Position numbers and translations under genes: made by a program. Below, piece by piece: positions 23,601 through 35,504 of a DNA stretch of 64,000 bases. The notes under the pieces were generated by a model that was not told the origin of the DNA, searched no databases, and saw only the letters and a program-made list of their open reading frames with translations. Positions within the stretch are counted from its first letter, which is position 1. Each line of letters starts with the position of its first letter. The DNA lies in the NCBI GenBank assembly GCA_043228905.1, contig JBHGNT010000006.1:12462001-12526000 (forward strand). Direction: 5' to 3'. Source of the DNA: Azolla caroliniana (Eukaryota; Plantae; Polypodiophyta).

Positions 23601-25978
23601 GCCGAAGAAGATGAAAATGATACCGGAACCGGCCCCGATCCCGAAATGGATTCGGATGAAGAAGAAGAATCGGAAGAACCGATTACCGAAGCTCCCGAAC
23701 GGAGATATCCTCTAAGAGAGAGGAGGGCCCCCCGGAGATTTCCGGATCCAGAGCACGTGCTGCTAACCGACGAGGGGGAGCCGGAGAGCTTTGAAGAAGC
23801 AAAGCATGACACCCAGAGCCGCAGGTGGTTGAGTGCCATGCAGGACGAGATGGATTCCCTGCATGAGAACCACACATATGAACTTGTGGAGTTGCCGAAA
23901 GGAAAGCGGGCACTTCGAAACAAGTGGGTGTTCAAGCTGAAACCGGGAGATGCCGGAAACCCCCCGAGATACAAAGCCAGGATCGTGGTGAAGGGGTTTC
24001 AGCAGAAGAAGGGCGTCGACTTCGACGAGATATTTGCCCCGGTAGTGAAGATGACCTCCATCCGGACGGTGCTGAGCATAGCGGCAAGCATGGACCTCGA
24101 GGTAGAACAGATGGACGTGAAGACGGCATTCCTTCACGGTGACCTCGATGAAGAGATCTACATGCAGCAACCGGAAGGATTCGAGAAGAAAGGGAAGGAG
24201 CACCTGGTATGCCGGTTGAAGAAGAGCCTTTACGGACTGAAGCAGGCTCCCCGGCAATGGTACCGGAAATTCGACTCCTTCATGACCGACGAAGGGTACC
24301 TCAAAACGCAGTCCGACCACTGCGTGTTTGTGAAGAAGTTCGAAGGAGGAGACTTCCTAATACTCCTCCTGTACGTGGACGACATGTTGATCGTCGGACG
24401 GGACCAGGTCAAGATACGGATGCTGAAGAAGGCTCTTCACCGAACCTTCTCAATGAAGGACTTGGGTCCGGCGAGGCAAATACTAGGGATGCACATCATC
24501 CGGGACCGGAAGAAGAAGCAGTTGTGGCTGTCACAGGAGAAGTACGTGACGAAGGTGCTTCACCGGTTCAACATGTCGGAAGCAAGACCGGTCGGATCGA
24601 CCCTCCCGGCAAACTGCAAGCTGTCCAACAAGCAAAGTCCCAAGACAAAGGCTGAAAAGGAGGATATGATGAAAGTGCCATATGCCTCAGCCGTCGGGAG
24701 CTTGATGTACGCCATGGTGTGTACGAGACCGGACATCGGATATGCAGTCGGAGTGGTGAGCCGGTACATGAGCAATCCCGGCAAAGAGCATTGGAACGCG
24801 GCCAAGTGGATACTCCGATACCTGAAGGGCACGGCAAACGTGTGCCTCCGATTCGGCTCCGGTAAGCCCGAACTCGACGGCTTTACCGATTCGGATATGT
24901 CGGCTGATGCAGATACCAGCCGGTCCACATCAGGGTATGTGATGACGTATGCAGGGGGAGCTGTTTCATGGCAGTCGAGGCTGCAGAAGACGGTTGCGTT
25001 GTCAACTACGGAGGCGGAGTACATGGCGGCTGTTGAAGCCGGCAAGGAAGTAATATGGATGAAGGACTTCATTAGAGAGCTCGGTATCCGGCAGGAGGAG
25101 TACCGACTCTACTGTGACAGTCAGAGTGCAATCCACCTTGCGAAGAACGCGGCCTATCACTCCCGGACGAAGCACATCCAGCGAAGATATCACTGGATCC
25201 GGGAAAGGATAGAAGACAAGGAGTTCGTGCTGACAAAGATCCACACGGACGAGAACGGGTCGGATATGCTGACCAAGGTCCTCACACCCGACAAGCTGGA
25301 AGCATGCCGGAAGAGGATCGGTTTGGAAAGACATCCCATGCCGAAGTGAAGGGGGAGTTTGTTGGGATTACGATCCCTTCGGATGGGATGGTCGGATGTC
25401 GGAGATGAATGCCGACGAGCCCGGTTTCGGTTTCGGATCCGGATGTTGAAGACCCCGGCTTCGGTGCCGGATGACGAATGTACCCGGAGAGAGATCCGGA
25501 TGCAGGGACATATCCGTGAATATGTCCGCTAAGGGCCCCCTGAGGCTATAGTTGTAAATAGCCCCAAAGTCATATATGTATAAATATGACTTAGGGCAAA
25601 TAGTTTTATTGTTGCTAATCATTTTTCTGTTTTTCCACTCAAGAGGAGTGAAGAGGGAGCAGCCGTGAGAGAGAGAGAGAGAGAGAGATAGAGCGTGAGA
25701 GAGGAAGAGGACTACGCCTCTGTGTATTTCCGCCGCCTGTGGCGAGGACAGCGAGCTCAAGGTCGTCGCCTTGCAGCTCGCCATTGTGTACTTCTCTTTG
25801 TATAGTGTTGGTTTGGAGTCTCGTACTCCCGTGGTTTTTCCCATCTAGGGTTTTCCACGTTAATCCCTGTGTATACGTGTGTTTCTCTCTGTGGTTCCTA
25901 TTTTCTGCTGCATTGATTCGCGATTACTCGGTTGTGGCCGAGAGTGGTGAAGGTGAATCGAAGCGTTGATTCCCAACA
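20624..25978 (+). mobile_element. Intact, very young Ty1/copia LTR retrotransposon (5355 bp)
   Basis: 619-bp LTRs 20624-21242 and 25360-25978 with no differences seen. TSD TATCC. PBS tggtatcagagc (tRNA-iMet) 21246-21257. PPT gaagggggag. Confidence 0.98.
21273..25349 (+). CDS. Copia gag-pol polyprotein (Gag, PR, IN, RT, RNase H)
   Basis: Uninterrupted ORF with CFHCGKPGHFRKNC, WVVDSGA, HTDV/ADNGGEY/LAERMN, QMDVKTAF, LYVDDML and RTKHI. Confidence 0.97.
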   Translation: MEGGGSGQPGMMVLTAQNYADWKIKMEDLLIVRDLYEPIDRSEIPKGVLESEWRLLNRKAVATIRQYVDVSVLQHVANDTNAYEMWRKLSGLYERKNALNRTSLMRKIVNLKYRDGESMVEHVSTFMGFVNQLAAIKFPLEDAMQAIILMCTLPESWENLVVTLSTSCTEDNLSLQTVKTSILNEEARRRDKEPASDPKALLTESDRGRQWNRSPQRREKSGTRSQSRGRPTCFHCGKPGHFRKNCRHYRKDNGADDTDSKKSPERNGAYRGATDRRGSDRRGQDRKGTTALAASKEEIMLITEEGELNVAGDETTWVVDSGALFHLTPERRYFSSYIAGEHGCVRMGNEGTCRIAGIGDVWLTTPTGCKMLLKDVRHVPEVRLNLISAGRLDDEGYTGSIRNGVMKFSKGSLIVARARKINTLYLMNARLCPEELNVAADTAGELWHKRLCHMSEKGMKRLAEDNLIPVKHVHLEKCTDCLAGKQNRTSFHSRPPTRRSAPLELVHTDVCQVETKSHGGAQYFVTFIDDHSRRLWTAPMKTKDQVSSVFKELHARVERESGKKLKAIRADNGGEYRGQFQEYCRSKGIRLEFTVPKTPELNGLAERMNRTIMERVRSMLAHAKLPKGFWAEAMSTATYVINRSPSVPLDGDTPQRVWTGREVSYRHLKVFGCLAYVHVAKDRRGKLDPKTRPCIFLGYGDDEFGYRVWDPVDKKIFRSRDIIFMENKTLADWESEKKMKSSKSTGEDQLYEEQSRPARDRLALEDPAEDGEETEPAEEDENDTGTGPDPEMDSDEEEESEEPITEAPERRYPLRERRAPRRFPDPEHVLLTDEGEPESFEEAKHDTQSRRWLSAMQDEMDSLHENHTYELVELPKGKRALRNKWVFKLKPGDAGNPPRYKARIVVKGFQQKKGVDFDEIFAPVVKMTSIRTVLSIAASMDLEVEQMDVKTAFLHGDLDEEIYMQQPEGFEKKGKEHLVCRLKKSLYGLKQAPRQWYRKFDSFMTDEGYLKTQSDHCVFVKKFEGGDFLILLLYVDDMLIVGRDQVKIRMLKKALHRTFSMKDLGPARQILGMHIIRDRKKKQLWLSQEKYVTKVLHRFNMSEARPVGSTLPANCKLSNKQSPKTKAEKEDMMKVPYASAVGSLMYAMVCTRPDIGYAVGVVSRYMSNPGKEHWNAAKWILRYLKGTANVCLRFGSGKPELDGFTDSDMSADADTSRSTSGYVMTYAGGAVSWQSRLQKTVALSTTEAEYMAAVEAGKEVIWMKDFIRELGIRQEEYRLYCDSQSAIHLAKNAAYHSRTKHIQRRYHWIRERIEDKEFVLTKIHTDENGSDMLTKVLTPDKLEACRKRIGLERHPMPK

Positions 25979-27057
25979 TATCCCAAGTTTTCTAGATTTG
26001 ATTTCAATGCTTGTAGTAGAAGAAAGGAATCAGATGGATGATGTAAATAAAGGAAATCTTGAGAATGAGGGGCAAGCCCTATATAATAGTGCTAGAAGAG
26101 GCAGAGGAAGAGGCCATGAAAGATTTGGCTCAGCAAGAACCAACAATAATGGTTATCAAGGAAGAGGACAACAAACCATTAGAGGAAGAAACAACAACAG
26201 AGGCAGGGGGAGCAACCAAGGTAGAGGTAAGCAAACATATGTAAATGATGATGGTTGTTGGTATTGTGGAAAACCAGGCCACACACAAGCTGAATTTTAC
26301 AAGAAGCAAAATGATGAGCAAAGAGGAAAGAGACAACAGAATAACTATGCCCAAACTAGTGAAGATTGTGAAAAAGATGGTGCATTTGTGGTACAACATG
26401 AGATAGCAGCAGTGGCTGAAAGCTCACAGAAATGTAATGAAGAGTTTACATGGTATGTAGACTCGGGGGCATCTAAGCATATGACTGAACATGCAAACTG
26501 GTTTGAAAGGTTAAGAGAACCAGAGATTCCTGGCTATGTACAGACGGGTGATAATAGTACTCACCAAATAGAACATGTTGGAGATATCCCATTGTGGGAA
26601 GAAAAAGGAAAGACTAAGTATATGTTGAATGTAATGCATGTTCCAAATCTTGCTAAGAATCTAATTTCTATTGGATAGATAGTAGAGCAACGTATGCAAG
26701 TAAAGTTTAAGCAAAGTGGATGCTATATAGAAAAGAATGGGAAGCTCATTGCAAAAGGAAAACGACAAGGAAGAATGTTTATTTTGGATGTTGACATGCC
26801 TAGACTTATTTCAGCTATGTTTGCAAATAGAATGAGTGTAGTCTCAGATGTGGAAATGTGGCATAAAAGGATTGGCCACATAAGTATGCAAACCCTAAAG
26901 AATATGTTGAGAAAAGATGCAGTGGCTGGACTGCCAAAACTGAAAAATTGTGAAATGGGAAAGATATGTGAAGCATGTCAATATGGAAAGCAAAATAGGT
27001 TGCCATTCCCTTATGAAAGACATGTAAGTAAAAATTTGTTGGATTTGGTACATACGG

Positions 27058-27926
27058 TGTCGTAGTGTAATTCGTACACTACGTGAAAAATTACAATTTT
27101 GGTCTCTCCGGATAGGACATGGAGTACCTGGTGAGAACCGAAAGAAGGAACCGGTAAGGACCGAAACCGGCAAGGAGACCCGGCAAGAGCCAGATGAAGA
27201 AGGCCGGTGAGAGTCAGTGAGAAACGGATGAAGAGATCGGTAAGGAGGTCCAGGTAAGAACCGGACAAAGAAAACTATCAAGCACCAGATGAAGCAGAAC
27301 CAGAAAGAGCCGGATGAAGAAGGCCAGTGAGAGTCTCTCACCGGATGAAGAGACGTATTTGTAAATAGAAGAAAGTATAAAAATATATATATATTACATG
27401 CATAGGGCAAGATTTGAACCTTGCACCTCCATGTTAATAATGTTAAGCCTTATCATTGTAGTAGGGTATTATGAATTTTAAAGTTATACTAAACTTTATT
27501 CCATGTAAAATTTCTATACATGCATGGTACAAAAGTTATTCATGCATAGACACTCGAGTTAGAAAGAAAAGATGAGATAGAAAGCTAATCATGCACATGT
27601 AGTGTGTATGAAAACTAAAGATAGAAAAAGCATGATGCTTGCATGTGATGAACTTAGACTCTTCCAACACTATATAAGGAAGAGAGAAAGATGTATAGAG
27701 GTTGTTGATTATTTTACAAGGGTTGATTAATATAAGATAATCGTGGGATTCACGAATTTGCTAACTATTCTCTCTTAATTTGATTACTCACTATTACACT
27801 ATACTCGTGGAATTCATGAGGTTTTCATATCTTTCTTTCTTACAATATATTTCATATTCTTAATTGCCTTAGAATTTTCTTTCCTCCTAGTCCAAAACCC
27901 CAGCGGTTCCCACCCGACTCACGCAA
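27058..27926 (+). mobile_element. LTR-like segment (solo or truncated)
   Basis: Begins TGTCG where the copia IN frame breaks. Internal direct repeats gagccggatgaagaaggcc resemble the LTR-like segment at 59305. Right end uncertain. Confidence 0.5.
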
Positions 27927-29307
27927 CGATCCGGAGCCGAAAGGCACGACACCGGTCTTCTTGGTTCCGGATCCTTCCGATCCTTGTGCGTAGTGCGAGC
28001 TTTGCCGGTTTCCTTGTTCGGCCTTGCCAGATCCGGATTTATTCGAATTGGCGCGCTTCTTCCAACACTCGCTCTCTCTGTGGCCTTTCTTGCCACAATA
28101 CCAGCATTCCGTGACGGTTTACGATTGCCGTCCTCCGGCACCGACTTGACTCCCCTTGCTCGTGGAGGGTCTGGAATTGCTATCGGCACCGTCTCTATGC
28201 CCCCGATTCTGCTCTTGTCATCTACCTCGATTGCATGCCGAGCCACCTCGTCCTCCATGCCCACGGGGCTGGTCCGCCTCCGTGTACAACATCCGGTTCT
28301 CCGTTTGCATGGTTTTCTTCGACCATCATCAGTGATTGCAGGTCGAAAAAGGATGGTGGCATCTCCCAGGTGCAAATTGCCATCTGGATTGGCCTGTACC
28401 ATTGTGATAGACCACCTAGGTAGATTTGGACCATCTCATCTTCATCCACCATCACGTTGATGGACCCGCCGTGTCGCAAATCTCCTTTATTTTGGTGGTG
28501 TAGTCGGTCACAAACATATCCCTCTGTTGGATATTGTTGAGCTCTTGCCGGAGCTGCAACTTCCGTGCCGTGGTACTAGCGGCAAAAATCTTCCAGAGAT
28601 TTTCCTAGGCCTCCTTCGTCATTTTTGCTTCTTTGATGTAATCGAGCATCTGGGCATGCACACAGGACGCGAGGCAGTAAAGCACTCTACTCACTCCTTG
28701 TTCCCATGCCGGAAAGTCTTTGTGCGCCGACTCCGGCGCTATCTCATTCGTTCCTTCAACATAGCTCTAGTAACCATGCCCCAGTAGGTACTGGTATATT
28801 TTGTACGACTAGGATGCATAGTTGCTCCGGTCTAGCTTTTCTGTCAGAAGCGAACTCACCATGCTTCTATCCATACCTTTCTTTGTTTGTTCTTTACTGG
28901 GTGGTGTTAAGGTTTGTCTTAAGAAAACGCTTGTCGGTTGAAGAGGTTCTCAACCCTCGCGCTCTAATACCATGTGAAAGAATACGCTTGCGGAAGCTAA
29001 AACACACTAACTTTGCCGGATAGTAACAGAACCTAGACACAGGTTTAATGGAGCCTTGAGATTACACAATATACAAGGGAGAGATAGAGAGAGCAGAACA
29101 TAAACTCTATTAAAAAATAATAACACTCTGTACATAGAATGTGCTAAGAGAGCACTTTTATGCAAGTCCATTTAAGGACTGACAGAAGTACTGACATGTA
29201 CTTCAATGCTCATACGAGTGACTGACACTGACTCCCAAAAATATGCCTATGTATTAGGCTAGATTCGTAGGCCTCTAACGGCCTACCGGTTACAATCCGA
29301 TTCAACA
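27927..29307 (-). mobile_element. Copia 5' fragment: LTR 28973-29307, PBS and decayed gag
   Basis: LTR TG..CA, PBS tggtattagagcg at 28960-28972, gag VDEDEMVQIYLGGL. Homologous to 57820-58365. Confidence 0.75.
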
Positions 29308-31130
29308 CCTCTCTTGACATATTCCGTAGTCACAATTCCATTTGGGGTTGCATTACTTAGAGATACCCTAAAAGTTTCGCATGAATTAGGGAGAGTGTTT
29401 AACAACCATAATGCATTAATCTCATCATCAAATTTCACTCCCATGCCAAAAAGTTTGTCAAAACATCCTTGAAATTCATTCTGATGATCTAAAATGGAAC
29501 TACCTTCTTTATACACTAAATGCATCACTTGTTTAAGCAAAAATAGCTTATTGTTACCTGTCTTTGATGCATACAATGTTTCGAGTTTATTCCATAGAGC
29601 TTTGGCATTCATTTCATTCACAATATGGTTTAAGAAATGATCTCCTACCCATTGTCGAATAAAACCACATACCTGTTGGTTCTCGAAAAGCCATTCCTCG
29701 GTGGTTTTACTTTCTGGTTTAGCGTCTACAAAAACAGGTAAGTGTAGATTTTTCACAAAAAGAAGATCTTTCATCTTAACTTTCCATTTGTGGTAGTTGG
29801 TGCCGTTCAAGCAAACCATTGTTGAAACATTTGCCTCCATAAGAAAGTGCTCAACCTCGCTCTGATACCACTTGATCGGAAACTTAATAGCACTTAAACA
29901 CTTATGTAAGACAAAACTATGTTGTGCAAGATTTAAAAGAAAATAAGAAAGATACACAACAAACACTATGCATAGTACACCAAAATATTGTAACGTGGAA
30001 AACCCTCAAAGAGGTAAAAATGACGGGACCTATTCCAGAAATAATCCACTATCAATATAAATCTTATACACCAAAGTTCCACTCTAAACAAGTTAGAGTA
30101 CTATGAGAAAGTGAGGAATATTATGTTTCCTCAAAACCTAAACTCAACAAAAGGGACACAAAAACCAACCACCAAAACTCATAACATGTGGCTGATGACG
30201 GAGGCGGCGATGTCCGGATGTCTGAGTGTATTGGTGTACTCGAAAGTGCTTGAAGGAATCAACCAAGAAATAGATTATGAGCTCTCCAAAATCTGTTTTT
30301 CTCTGTTGCTCTAGAGAAATGCCCGTTTCCCCTTTTTTAACTCACTAAAAAAAAAGAGTTTTGGGAGTCCAAGGCCCATTTACATAGAATGTGGATAGAA
30401 AATACCTAACACACTCTCACACTCTATTAACAAATGTAGTAAAATGAAAGAGAAAAGAAGATACATCACTCAACTTTGTTACAATAAAGCTACAATATAT
30501 GGAAAAGAAGTTTAGAACCATTTGTCAAAAATATCTGTAGATAATAATGTTAAAGAAAATTGGAAACATTTGAAACATGTCATCCTTGAGTTAGGATATT
30601 AACACTTGAATATGTGTTGATGCACATTAAAGATCTAGTTTCCCATGTCATTCTTGGTTTGCTGATGAATGTAAGATATATCTTAGACTACATAAGTTTG
30701 CGAAAGGGGAGGAAAGTGAACGGGTGATGGGATGACACCAATATAAAAAGGTAGTGAGGAGAAAGAAAAGACAATGCTTCCAAATGTGAGAAAGGAAAAA
30801 GAAAAGGTTGTTTAAGCTCCAACCAAACCTAGCATGGAGGCAACTCAATGGTAAAATGGAAGATATCAAATGTGAATTTGTAAATGAATCTCGATGCTAG
30901 AATATGTACAAAGCCTATATATGCATGAGGGAGTGGCTCCTATGGTTGAGAACATTGAAACACCTTGTAATACATATGTTGATCTTGAAGATGTCAATAA
31001 GAGAACAATGGAAAGGGCTAATACCCTTTCATCCCCTCATCGCCGCGTGCTCGTCTTCTTCGCGTTGGCACTCGAAGTGCTCGTTTACGGTGCTCGTGAG
31101 CACGAGCTTCGTTGGTTCGACGTTGGTTCG

Positions 31131-34100
31131 TGTTGAGATATCAAGCTCAACTAGTTTAATCTAGTTAGTCAACACATGTAACTTAGTAGTTACCTAGATC
31201 GAATCTAGTTAATGTGTTGACCTTAAGCCTTTAAATAGGACCTTGTACTTAAGTAGGATATTCTAGATCCTCCGCTCCTTAGTACATTTAATGTAGGACT
31301 TACACATAAGTACCTATGTTCTACCCACACATGTGCACCTTTGCACATGGGTTGTATATATACCTCATTGTGGGTATTTTTGTATGTTGATGACACTTTT
31401 CAATATAGTCAATCATCCCCCATTTATCTTCGAGTTCAAGTGTAACTTCCTCTCTCTCTCTCTCTCTCTCTTCCTCTTACACACTCTCACGCGCATATCA
31501 TACTAATCTTCTGTTGCTTAACGTAACCATATAATTAGTCTCTAATTAACCCTAGTTAATTACCTAATTACTTAACATGGTATCAGAGCGTGTGGTTTAG
31601 GAAATCCACTAAGCCCACCGCTTATTCGTGATTGTGTGTTCGAGACGCCGACGACAAATCCCGGCTATTCGCTATCTGCTACCGTAGTGCCGCTACGAAG
31701 GACGTGTACGCGACCAAGAGAAGAAAAACAAAACGGAAGACACAACAATCAACATGAACAAACAAATGGGAAGCTCACTCCCTAGCGAAAAGCTAGACCG
31801 AAGCAACTATTCATCTTGGGAGTACAAGATGAATCAATACCTTGTCAGCCAAGGGTATTGGAGCTACATCAACGGCGCACAAGAAAACAAACCCGAAATC
31901 ACACACGCGACCTACCCAACGTGGGAGCAAGGCGCGAGTCGGGTAATGTATTGCTTGGCAACATGTGTAAACGACCACATGCTTAGCCACATTCGTGACA
32001 CCAACACACCCAAAGAGGCGTGGGAAAATCTCACGAAGATTTTCGCCGCGGACACATCCGCGTGCAAGTTTGAACTCCGGCAAGAGTTGAACAACATACG
32101 ACAAAAAGAAATGTCCGTGACGGACTACACCGCCAAGATCAAGAGCATTTGCGACTCTCTTGGCTCCATCAACGTCAACATCGACGAGGACGAGATGGTG
32201 CAAGTATGGTTGGGCGGCCTCACACAATGATTCAACACGTTGAGAACGGCAATCTTGGCGAGAGATACCCCTCCCTCGTTCTTCAACCTCCAATCAATAC
32301 TATTGGTCGAAGAAAACCACGTTCAACCAAAGACCAACAAATCGGAAGGACAAATGCTCTTCTCCGATACGGATGGTGCCCATAGACAAGGTCGACGCGG
32401 AAGAGGTCAATTCGACCTATCCCACAAAGGGAATTCACAATTTCGGCAAGGAAACGGAAGCCATCGAGGAACCTTCACAAGAAGGTGGAGCTTCCATGCC
32501 GAACAAGGTTGGTGAACGACGCCACCTACGTGCAACTATTGCGGCAAAATCGGCCATCGCGAGGAGGAGTGCCGAAAAAGACGAAGCGAGTCAGCTTCAA
32601 CAAGCCGGAAACTCACAAATTACGCCGCGAACGCGGAATACGCGGACTCTTCGTGATGAGGCATAGAGCGAACTCTATGATGGCCTCCGATCCCACAAAC
32701 TCCGCAAGCACCTCCAACTCCGAACACGCGTGGTTCGTAGACTCCGGCACCTCGCACCACATGACGTCGCACCAAGAGTGGTTTCGCGACTTGCAAACGT
32801 CGGATCGACCCGGCTACATAGAGACTAGAGACGACACTCCGCATCCCATTCGGCACATCGGCGATGTCCCATTCAGGAAAGAAGGAGAGCAAACTTGCAT
32901 CAAGAATGTCTTGCACGTGCCCACAATAATAAAGAATTTGGTCTCGGTCGGCCAAATCGTGGAGCAAGGCATGCAAGTCCGCTTCAACAATGAAGGTTGC
33001 TTCATCGAGAAAGACGGCTGAATCATAGCCAAGGGACGGAGAGACGGTCGCTTGTTCATCCTCGACTCGAACGAGGTAAAATCGACCATGTACGCCAAAG
33101 GTCTCAAGACCGAGACAAACATCGAGTTGTGGCACAAGCGAATCGGTCACGTAAACCTCCAATGGCTTCGCGGAATGCAATCAAAGGGAGTCGTAATCGG
33201 ACTTCCGGCCTTCGAATCGAAACGAGTCGACCGAGTGTGTGAAGCATGCCAACTCGGCAAACAACATCGACTCCCATTCCCGAAGGAGAGCTCCACAAGC
33301 AAAGGCCTCCTCGACGTCATACACTTGGATGTATGGGGACCGGCTCAAACGCCGACGCTCGGTGGATGCCGCTACTACGCCACCTTCATCGACGACCACA
33401 CGCGCTACGCGTGGATATACCCGATGAAGAAGAAGAGCGAAGTGCTCTCCCACTTTCAAAGGCTCAAAAGCCAAGTGAAGAAAGAAACCGGTCAGCACAT
33501 TCGATGCGTACGATCGGACAGAGGAAAGGAGTACTTCTCCGACGAGTTCACCTCCTACCTCCAAGGTGAAGGCATTTGTAGAGAATTCTCATGCCGACAC
33601 ACTGCCCAACAAAACGGAGTAGCCGAGAGAAAGAATCGGCAAATACTCGAGGTAGCACGTGCCATGATGCGTGAGAAGCACATGCCGAACTTGTATTGGG
33701 CGGAAGCGGCATCCACGGCCGTCTATCTCATGAATCGATGCACCACAAATAGCGTGCACGAGCTTACTCCATACGAGATCTTCGTTGGAAGAAAGCCCAT
33801 CCTCTCGCACCTCAAGCTGTTCGGAAGCATTGCGAATGTACGCATCCCGAATGAAAGTCGAGAGAAGCCCGACGCGAAGTCGGAAGAATGTATCCTTATA
33901 GGATACTTGTCCACGAAAAAGGAGTACAAGTGCTTCAACCCTTCGACCCGAGCAGTGCGGATAAGTCGCGACGTCGTTTTCGACGAATCGGCATCTTGGT
34001 ATAAGCCCGATGCGACTCCATCCGACCCGATCAAGGAAGAGTTGAACACCAACTTGGACGACGAAACTCGGCCAAGTCCTCCATCGAAGGACAATCCAAG

Positions 34101-35036
34101 CTCTACCGAGCTAATTGGCCCACAAGAGCCTCCACGCGATGAAAACACGTCGCGGCCAAGTCCAACACCGGACAAAGGCAAAGGTAAGATGCCCGAATAC
34201 GAAGTCGAGGTCCACCCCGACGACCGTGATTCGGATGATTCGGCTCGCTCACTAGACAGTGAGTTCGGTGTACCCATCATGAGGACACCCGGAGTAAAGA
34301 AGGCGCTCACATCAACAAACGAGAAACTCTGCCGCTCATCACGAGCAAAGACCCAAGTCACTCGTTACGCCTGCAACGAGTATATGGCCCATCACTATGC
34401 CCTCACGATGATGGTAGTGGCCGAACAAGAGCCCAAGGATCCAAGCCTTCGTCACAGGCTTGAGGGGGAGAACAAAGCCGCGGAGAGCCGCGCAATGAAG
34501 CCGCGAAGAAAGCCGCAAGCCGCACCGATGCCGACGAAGCCGAAGGAAGCTAAACCGGACGTGGGACGCCTCACACTTGAGCTTGAGGGGGCGTGTTGAG
34601 ATATCAAGCTCAACTAGTTTAATCTAGTTAGTCAACACATGTAACTTAGTAGTTACCTAGATCGAATCTAGTTAATGTGTTGACCTTAAGCCTTTAAATA
34701 GGACCTTGTACTTAAGTAGGATATTCTAGATCCTCCACTCCTTAGTACATTTAATGTAGGACTTACACATAAGTACCTATGTTTTACCCACACATGTGCA
34801 CCTTTGCACATGGGTTGTATATATACCTCATTGTGGGTATTTTTGTATGTTGATGACACTTTTCAATATAGTCAATCATCCCCCATTTATCTTCGTGTTC
34901 AAGTGTAACTTCCTCTCTCTCTCTCTCTCTTCCTCTCACACACTCTCACGCGCATATCATACTAATCTTCCGTTGCTTAACGTAACCATATAATTAGTCT
35001 CGAATTAACCCTAGTTAATTATGTAATTACTTAACA
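31131..35036 (+). mobile_element. RT/RNaseH-less copia element (LTR-gag-PR-IN-LTR)
   Basis: LTRs 31131-31577 and 34594-35036, nearly identical. TSD GTTCG, PBS 31578, PPT 34584-34593. gag, WFVDSGTS and integrase present; no YVDD RT motif. Confidence 0.92.
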
Positions 35037-35504
35037 GTTCGCCCCGTTCGTCATTGCGAGCCCGTGTGCTCGCCGCCGTTCAGGTGGTTGTGGTTCGTTG
35101 GGGTCAGCATTTTTGTGGTGCTCGTGTGTTCGTGCTCCGTGTTCGGATTTTCTCTTGTCTCTAAGGGCATTTAGTATTTATGTTTTGTTGAGCTTGTGGT
35201 TAACTACAAGTTGCCACATTGTAATGAAACCCTATTTTATAAAGAGCCCTCTTGCATTGGAATTGAACACATATTTATTTCTTTAGCCAATATCATTCGT
35301 GTTTTCTTTTTCTTTTTCTTTCTTTCTTTGTTCTCGTCCACTTGTACGTTCGGCCGTCTTGTGACGAGGGAGTGTTTCGGGCGTGCCCATGCACCTCTCC
35401 TCCTCATAAAGGAATACGAGCATTCTTGCATGTATTTGTGTCTTCCTTGTACGTTCGGCTGTCTTGTGACGAGGGAGCGTTTCGGGCATGCCCATGCACC
35501 TCTC

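Larger units (their letters stand above)
19530..27057 (+). mobile_element. Decayed Ty1/copia (gag-PR-start of IN), split by the intact copia
   Basis: gag EKLDKNNFPAWKFRM (20080-20623) resumes at 25984 with CWYCGKPGH, WYVDSGAS, WHKRIGH and CEACQYGKQ. Confidence 0.85.
17530..30411 (-). mobile_element. Old Ty1/copia LTR retrotransposon shell hosting nested insertions; 5' LTR ~29874-30411, 3' LTR 17530-19514 (interrupted)
   Basis: Two homologous TG...CA LTRs. TSD CACTC (17525-17529 / 30412-30416). PBS tggtatcagagc on minus at ~29859-29870. PPT (plus atctccccct, 19515-19524). gag remnant LNGTNYHKWK...LLNTLPNS at 29308-29840. Confidence 0.85.
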
